Shown here: positions 36,201 to 41,458 of the stretch, in pieces
Layout of the letters: the number at the start of each line of letters is the position of its first letter
How positions within the stretch are numbered: the stretch's first letter is position 1
Source: Polymyxa betae A26-41
Taxonomy: Eukaryota; Protista; Endomyxa: Phytomyxea
DNA length: 41,458 nt
Direction: 5' to 3'
NCBI GenBank assembly: GCA_003693705.1
Contig: RBZT01000488.1
Coordinates: 1 to 41,458 of the forward strand
The notes under the pieces: generated by a model
Seen by the model: the letters and a program-made list of their open reading frames with translations, nothing else
What the model was told of the DNA's origin: nothing
Database searches by the model: none
Program-made: the position numbers and the translations under genes

Positions 36201-39200
36201 TGTGAAAAGAATCAAAAATTTCAAGAAATTTGTTGTTCTTGAGAGCGTTTCTGTTATCCGTTTTTGCAATTTTTTTTCTCTATAACGGAAAAATTGCAGA
36301 ATTTCAACGTGATCAAACTGTTGTATAAACTTTCCAATAATTTTTTCAATTGCGGTCTACAGGGTCGGATGTGAAATTCTTGCATAAAATCATCGAGAAC
36401 CATTCGAGCAATGCGCATTTCCGGACGGGTCCCGGGAACTCGGCGGCCTCGTTCGTCGTCGTGCACTACGCCGGTCCGGTCGTGTACGACGTGACCGGGT
36501 TCCTGGAGAAGAATCGCGATACGCTGACGCCGGATGCCATGCAGCTGCTGAATGCGTCGTCGGTCGGATTCATTGCGCAGATGTTCGCCTCATCTGCCGA
36601 TATGTCCTCCAAAGACCGCAAACAAACCCTTGGAAAACAGTACGAGAATTTGTTGGCAACCTTTCAAAAAAAAGTTTTTTTAATATTTTTAAAACTTTTT
36701 TCTTTTCGCAAAGGTGTCAGTTTTTGAGTTACTGTGAGCAGTTTCCTTGTTTGATGGTTTCTTGGACTTTTAAAAACGGATGTAACGTTGCGATCTGTAA
36801 CGTCATGACCTCAGGTTCCGTAACCAGCTGGATACGCTGATGACGACGCTTTCCAGTACGTCGCCGCACTATGTGCGCTGCATCAAACCGAACGAGGAGA
36901 AGAAGGCGCGCACGTTCGTCTCGAAAAACTGCTACGAGCAGCTGCTGTATTCGGTATCGTTGCACTCGACCGCAGATCGTCTTACGTTACCAGTAACGCT
37001 ATGATGACAGGGTGTGTTCGAGGCCGTCCAAATCCGCAAACGCGGATTCCCCTTCCGACAGAAGCACGCCGACTTCCTGTCACGTTACAAAGTCGGTAAC
37101 GTTACCGTTCGTTGAACATCGGTCAGTGACAACGTTTCAGGTCATTTTCCCGGAACGGAACCATACGTCATGTGATGCGTTACTGCGGGATTTGGCGTTA
37201 CCGGCCGAGAACGTCCGCATCGGGCGTACCATGATTCTCTACCGGTACGGAGTTGCGCAGCGGTGTCTTGTTCCTTCCGCGGACTTAGGCGCTGCTCAGG
37301 AGTGACGAATATAAGCAGTTGGAACTGCGCCGATCCATCACAGTCCGAAAGGCCGAAATCGTCGAAGAACTCCGCGATCTCACCAATCAGGACTTGAACG
37401 CACTTTCGGTTAGGGTTTCGCAGATCCTTCATGTAGTATAGTAACGCGGACTCTATCCTACAGAATGATACAGCCCGAGATAAATACTTCGAGCGCCTGT
37501 CGAAGGCCGTTCGGACTGCGGTCGAATTCAACGCCGACCATTCGGTCTGCAAAAAAGGCCGTGACCTGCTGATCGCGTTTATTGAGAGCCGAATGGATGA
37601 CGATACAAGGTTCAAACGTTACGATCCACAGTTTTTACGTTGCTCACGTGTTTTGCTGTTGATGTTACACTCTGCGTTAAAGCTACAGTTCGTTATCTGA
37701 GGGTTTTTTTAAAAATCATTTTTGAATTCAGTCGCCTTTTTTTCGTGTCGTCACTTTTCGAGCTCTGCGTTATACAAGAGCTGTTGTTACATTTATGTTT
37801 CTGAACACGGATGCTATCAGAGCCATGCTGGAAGAGGCGCAGCGACGCTGCGATCGTTCTCTGTTACAGGAGGCCATAAAGCGCTCGGATGCGCACGAAT
37901 ACAACACGAAACTGGTCAGATACTGTCTCGGGGTCTTTTGTTACCTGATCTGATCGCGTTTCCAGGTGCGTCAATGCCAGAAACTGCTGGAGCGCGTCGT
38001 TCGCGTCGACGATGAGTCGGAAGCAGCACTGAACCTGCTGGAGCGCGACCACATGAATGCAGTCGTCACAGCGGCCCGCGACCTCGGCTATTGGTAACAT
38101 GATTCCCTGTGCTGGTCCTCGGAGCCCGTCGTTTAACGATACGCTCAGGTCCGAAACTATCGAGTATTACGATCAACTCCTACAACAAACACCACGTGAT
38201 CTGCTTAAAGTGCAACTCAAACAGGTACGCAGTTTTTAACGCACTTTCATTTTCCACATTGGGGTATTTTTGTCGAAATTCTGAAACACAGTTTGAGTTT
38301 TCACAATTCGCACTCATGAGCACAGTTTTGACTCTTTTCTTCTGACGCGCTCTTTTACGCATCATTTTTCAAATCTATTATGTTTGTCTCTTATCTATCG
38401 CAGTTTATCTACTTTGTATCACCCACGCACATTTCGAATTGCGTTTGCGCGCAATCGAATTTTCTGCCATTTAAAAGTGCTATCTTTCCACTTTTTGAGT
38501 TTTGACACTTAAACTCACATTTCTCGCACTTTTTTCTTCTGTTTCCTGTTTTCTTTCTTTCCAACCACCAATACGCTTTCTTCATCAACCGTTGCGGATT
38601 ATCTCTCGACATTGCTCTTGCTACACGAGTCTGACTTGGCGCCCGTGTACGATACTGATTACGTTTCGCAGGCTGTAGCGATTGGAAACGTTGCGCGAGC
38701 CATTCGTTTGACAATCAAGATGAAGGACAGCGTATTCCAGGAGAAGGCGGCCATGTTCGACCTGCCGTCGTGCGGCATCATTAAGCCCGCCGAAGAATGG
38801 GCCTCGGAGAAGTTCCTCACTCTGCATCGGTACGCCTTACTGGCGGCCGCCCATCATCATAGCGGAATGTAACATTATCGATGTAGTGACCAGCTGCGTC
38901 TGGATATGCTGTCGTGGTCCAAGGACGACCTGCATTCGCCGCTGACGCGATTGCCGGACGGCGTCCATCTGAAGGAGATAACGAAGACGGCGCTGTCATG
39001 CTTCAAGCAACTGCAGTCGTTCATGGGTGATCGCAAATCCGAGAATCCAACCAATGACGGTAATTCGTTTCACTTCCAGAAAACATTCCAATTTTTGCGT
39101 AACATTACGAATCTTAAAACACTTCTCAGATTCGAGCTCTTTCATAGAATCTTCGTTTTCTGTGTTTAACGAATCTTTAATGTTTTTTATCAACAAAAAT

Positions 39201-40534
39201 TATCCCTTGCAAAAGAGGTTTCTGTATTCTTGAATTGGTAACATTAAATTAGCTGAGTTTCCTGTTGATTTCTTTAGCGGTGCCTGATAGCTGCTAATAG
39301 GTCATTGTCTGGTGATCACGGGCCACGGACGTGTAGAACTCCGTGATGAGATCTACGTCCTGATCCTGAAGCAGCTGACGAAGAATCCGAATCCGGACTC
39401 CGTCCGTAAAGGCTGGCAGCTGCTGGGTGCGTGCCTGGCGTCGTTCCCACCCGGGTCCGGATTCGAGAATTTCCTAGAGGTAACGTTACCTCTCGTTTGT
39501 CCGAGACAAGTCCGTGATTCGATTCCAGGTCTGGCTGCGCATCAACGCTCAGAACCCGGATTATCTCGGGTCGCTGCACGCCATCTGCTATCTCGGGGCG
39601 CGGCCTCTCCCAGTAGATCTCTCCCAACTCGACAACATCACCGATACTTTACGGTACTTTTAATTGGTTTTGAAATGACTTCTATTGCAATTTTGAATTC
39701 ATCCAAATGCTTTTTTGTTGTTTTTTGGTTTTTGTAAAAAATGAATTTTAACAAAACAAAATCATTTTTTGTACTTTTGAGACAGAATCTTTCCCAAATC
39801 GCGTGATTTTTTGTATGGCGACTGTTGACCATCAAGTCCTGATCTGTGGTATCTGTAGGCAGCGGACTCAAGAGTATGCGGAGCCTCTTCCGTCAGGTCC
39901 GCCCTCGTATCAGGACCTGATGACCCCCTTCGACCCCAACGTCGACGAGCTCGTGTTCAAACGTAAGGCGCCCGTTGTGAAGTCCGCAGCGGCGGCCTCC
40001 TCCCATCAGCCGACCGCCACTCCGGTCGGTGAAGCTTCACCCACTGCGAAACCCACCCATGTACACCACCGCTCGTAACGTTTCTGTAACGTATCACTGA
40101 ACCAGTCTCAGGCGCGTCAAATGTCGCGAGCCCAGCAAGCGGCGCAATTCACAAAACAAAGGGTAACGTGATCCGTTTGCTTTACACGTTTACATTACGT
40201 TTTCGTTACATGTATACTTTACGGTCACCTTACGTTTGCATGACATCTCTATGGATTCCAATTTTCGTAACATAACATTACGTGACTGTCTAAGTCACTG
40301 TCTCTACAGAATAAGTTACAGGCTCGGATCTCGACGTGCCGGCCCCCAGTTTGGGAGGCGCACATCGACCCGGCCTCGAATGCGACGTATTACTGGAATT
40401 CGGAGACCGGCGAATCCAGTTGGGAGAAACCGGCGGTCAGTCAGCTGCTGTTTTGCCACGGACTTTTGACTGATCGGATCTTTGTTCAGGAACTGAAATT
40501 CAGTGTTGCCGATGATGTCAAGCCACGTTTCTAA
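33276..40534 (+). CDS. Unconventional myosin: N-terminal SH3-like, motor, helical tail, MyTH4, C-terminal WW (class IV-like), ~27 exons
   Basis: [15 protein letters not shown]-terminus; P-loop GESGAGKT; switch I NNNSSRFGK; switch II DIFGFE; YVRCIKPN; MyTH4 (MLSWSK..FMGDR..ELRDEIY..KQLTKNP..GWQLL..FPP); WW ([27 protein letters not shown]); stop TAA at 40532-40534. Intron 1 (33367-33411) is GC-AG. Confidence 0.95.
35695..35866. repeat. Intronic ~20-bp A-tract/T-tract minisatellite (AAAAAAGGTTTATTTTTTTC, ~7 units)
   Basis: Directly visible inside myosin intron 35671-35922. Confidence 0.9.
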
Positions 40535-40650
40535 ACCAGTCCTAACTCAATAAAAGCTGTATGTTGGTGTCACTCACGAGAACCCTAAAACCTAAAAAAG
40601 TACGTCATCTGATGCCTCAACAACGATGGTAGAATCCCCGCCACGACGGG

Positions 40651-41217
40651 TCAGCACGCCCGGCCTGCGAATGTTACCTCTACCATCACCACGCCCAGCT
40701 CTGTTTTCGAAATGGGCCAGTACGCCGGCAAAGACTGGAACTTCAGAAAACGCAGCGAAGGGCTACGCTGCGAGCAGTGCGGCAGCGGCATTGCTTTTAA
40801 TATCGCAGAGCGGTCGCGCGATCGCCACGAAATATCGCTCGTCAGGGGCCGGCATGACCCGATTCGGGGTCCGGATACGATCTGTTCTAACGAAGACAGT
40901 ACTCCCGGTAACATAATTCCAGGAGTCAGTTTTCCAAATTTCGCAACGCTGTCTCCGGCATTGGCAACGCTCGATTCGCCATCGGACATTTTCAACCGGT
41001 CAATAGCACGCATCATTCGCTCATATTCGCTCTGACGAAGCTTTGCAGCGCCATAATCACAACTGCCTACTTTATAGCATTGGCTGAATACAAGACCATG
41101 TTGTATGGTTGGTCCTGCTGGGCCGGATATCACGCGATATTCGATGATGACGAGGGGATCTTCCATGGCAGAGCATCGTTCATAGCAATATCCATTTTGT
41201 AAGACAGGACATGACAA
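40651..41217 (-). other. 188-codon ORF of unknown status, convergent with the myosin
   Basis: Open frame only; no recognisable motif and non-ATG start in the ORF track. It may be an exon of a gene extending off the window or a decayed sequence. Confidence 0.25.
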
Positions 41218-41458
41218 GCGAGCTCAGATTGAGAAAAAAAGTCGATGGCAACGATCCGTTTGGAACATTTTCCTGGAAACCTGAAGATGGTGAACAAGGG
41301 GAAGAAACATCATATCAGGTCTGCTGTCAGTTTACACGCCAGTTTGGCTATCAGGAGGGCGAATTCGTTCCCATCAATATGACGACAGCAGAACGCTTCA
41401 CCTTGTTTCGTTACGATAGAATTTCGGATTGCTGTTGGGGTTTAGGGTTAGGAGCTTA

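Larger units (their letters stand above)
316..41452. repeat. Dispersed short interstitial telomeric tracts, T(2-5)AGGG, mostly two units (individual sites in evidence)
   Basis: 316-329, 5317-5336, 6007-6023, 9578-9592, 10458-10472, 17151-17169, 18467-18483, 22893-22915, 28435-28449, 28834-28849, 34457-34474, 35901-35915, 40581-40598, 41437-41452; single TTAGGGTT units near 17380, 17563, 26167, 33834 and 37409. Confidence 0.85.

Overview
Eukaryotic nuclear DNA with many introns, read in the standard genetic code. Most introns are GT-AG and ~45-57 nt; a second class is 130-450 nt and AT-rich. A protist origin (e.g. a phytomyxid rhizarian) is plausible from the T(2-5)AGGG repeats and a MyTH4-tail myosin, but this is inference. 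Hand-spliced genes: a C2H2 zinc-finger protein, a signal peptide-TM-RING-H2 protein, a 13-exon 883-aa four-TM protein with two tandem Cache-like sensor modules and no output domain (plus an inverted decaying paralogue 17.5 kb away), an EF-hand-like/double zinc ribbon/PH/pseudokinase, a protein with three copies of an unrecognised Cys/His domain, PTH2, a UBL-TM protein and a ~27-exon myosin (motor-MyTH4-WW). Mobile DNA: a degenerate Ty3/gypsy gag with a half-tRNAiMet-type PBS, a hAT-type non-autonomous element with an 8-bp TSD, and nested RT fossils. Most unusual signals: (i) the output-less receptor resembling bacterial chemoreceptor sensor domains; (ii) about 14 dispersed two-unit telomeric tracts, one disrupting gag, one flanked by a 15-bp duplication, several at intron branch-point position; (iii) an intron that appears to have arisen by tandem duplication across an exon junction; (iv) a palindromic GTAAC/GTTAC motif concentrated in the introns of some genes. 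All gene models are manual and lack RNA support.
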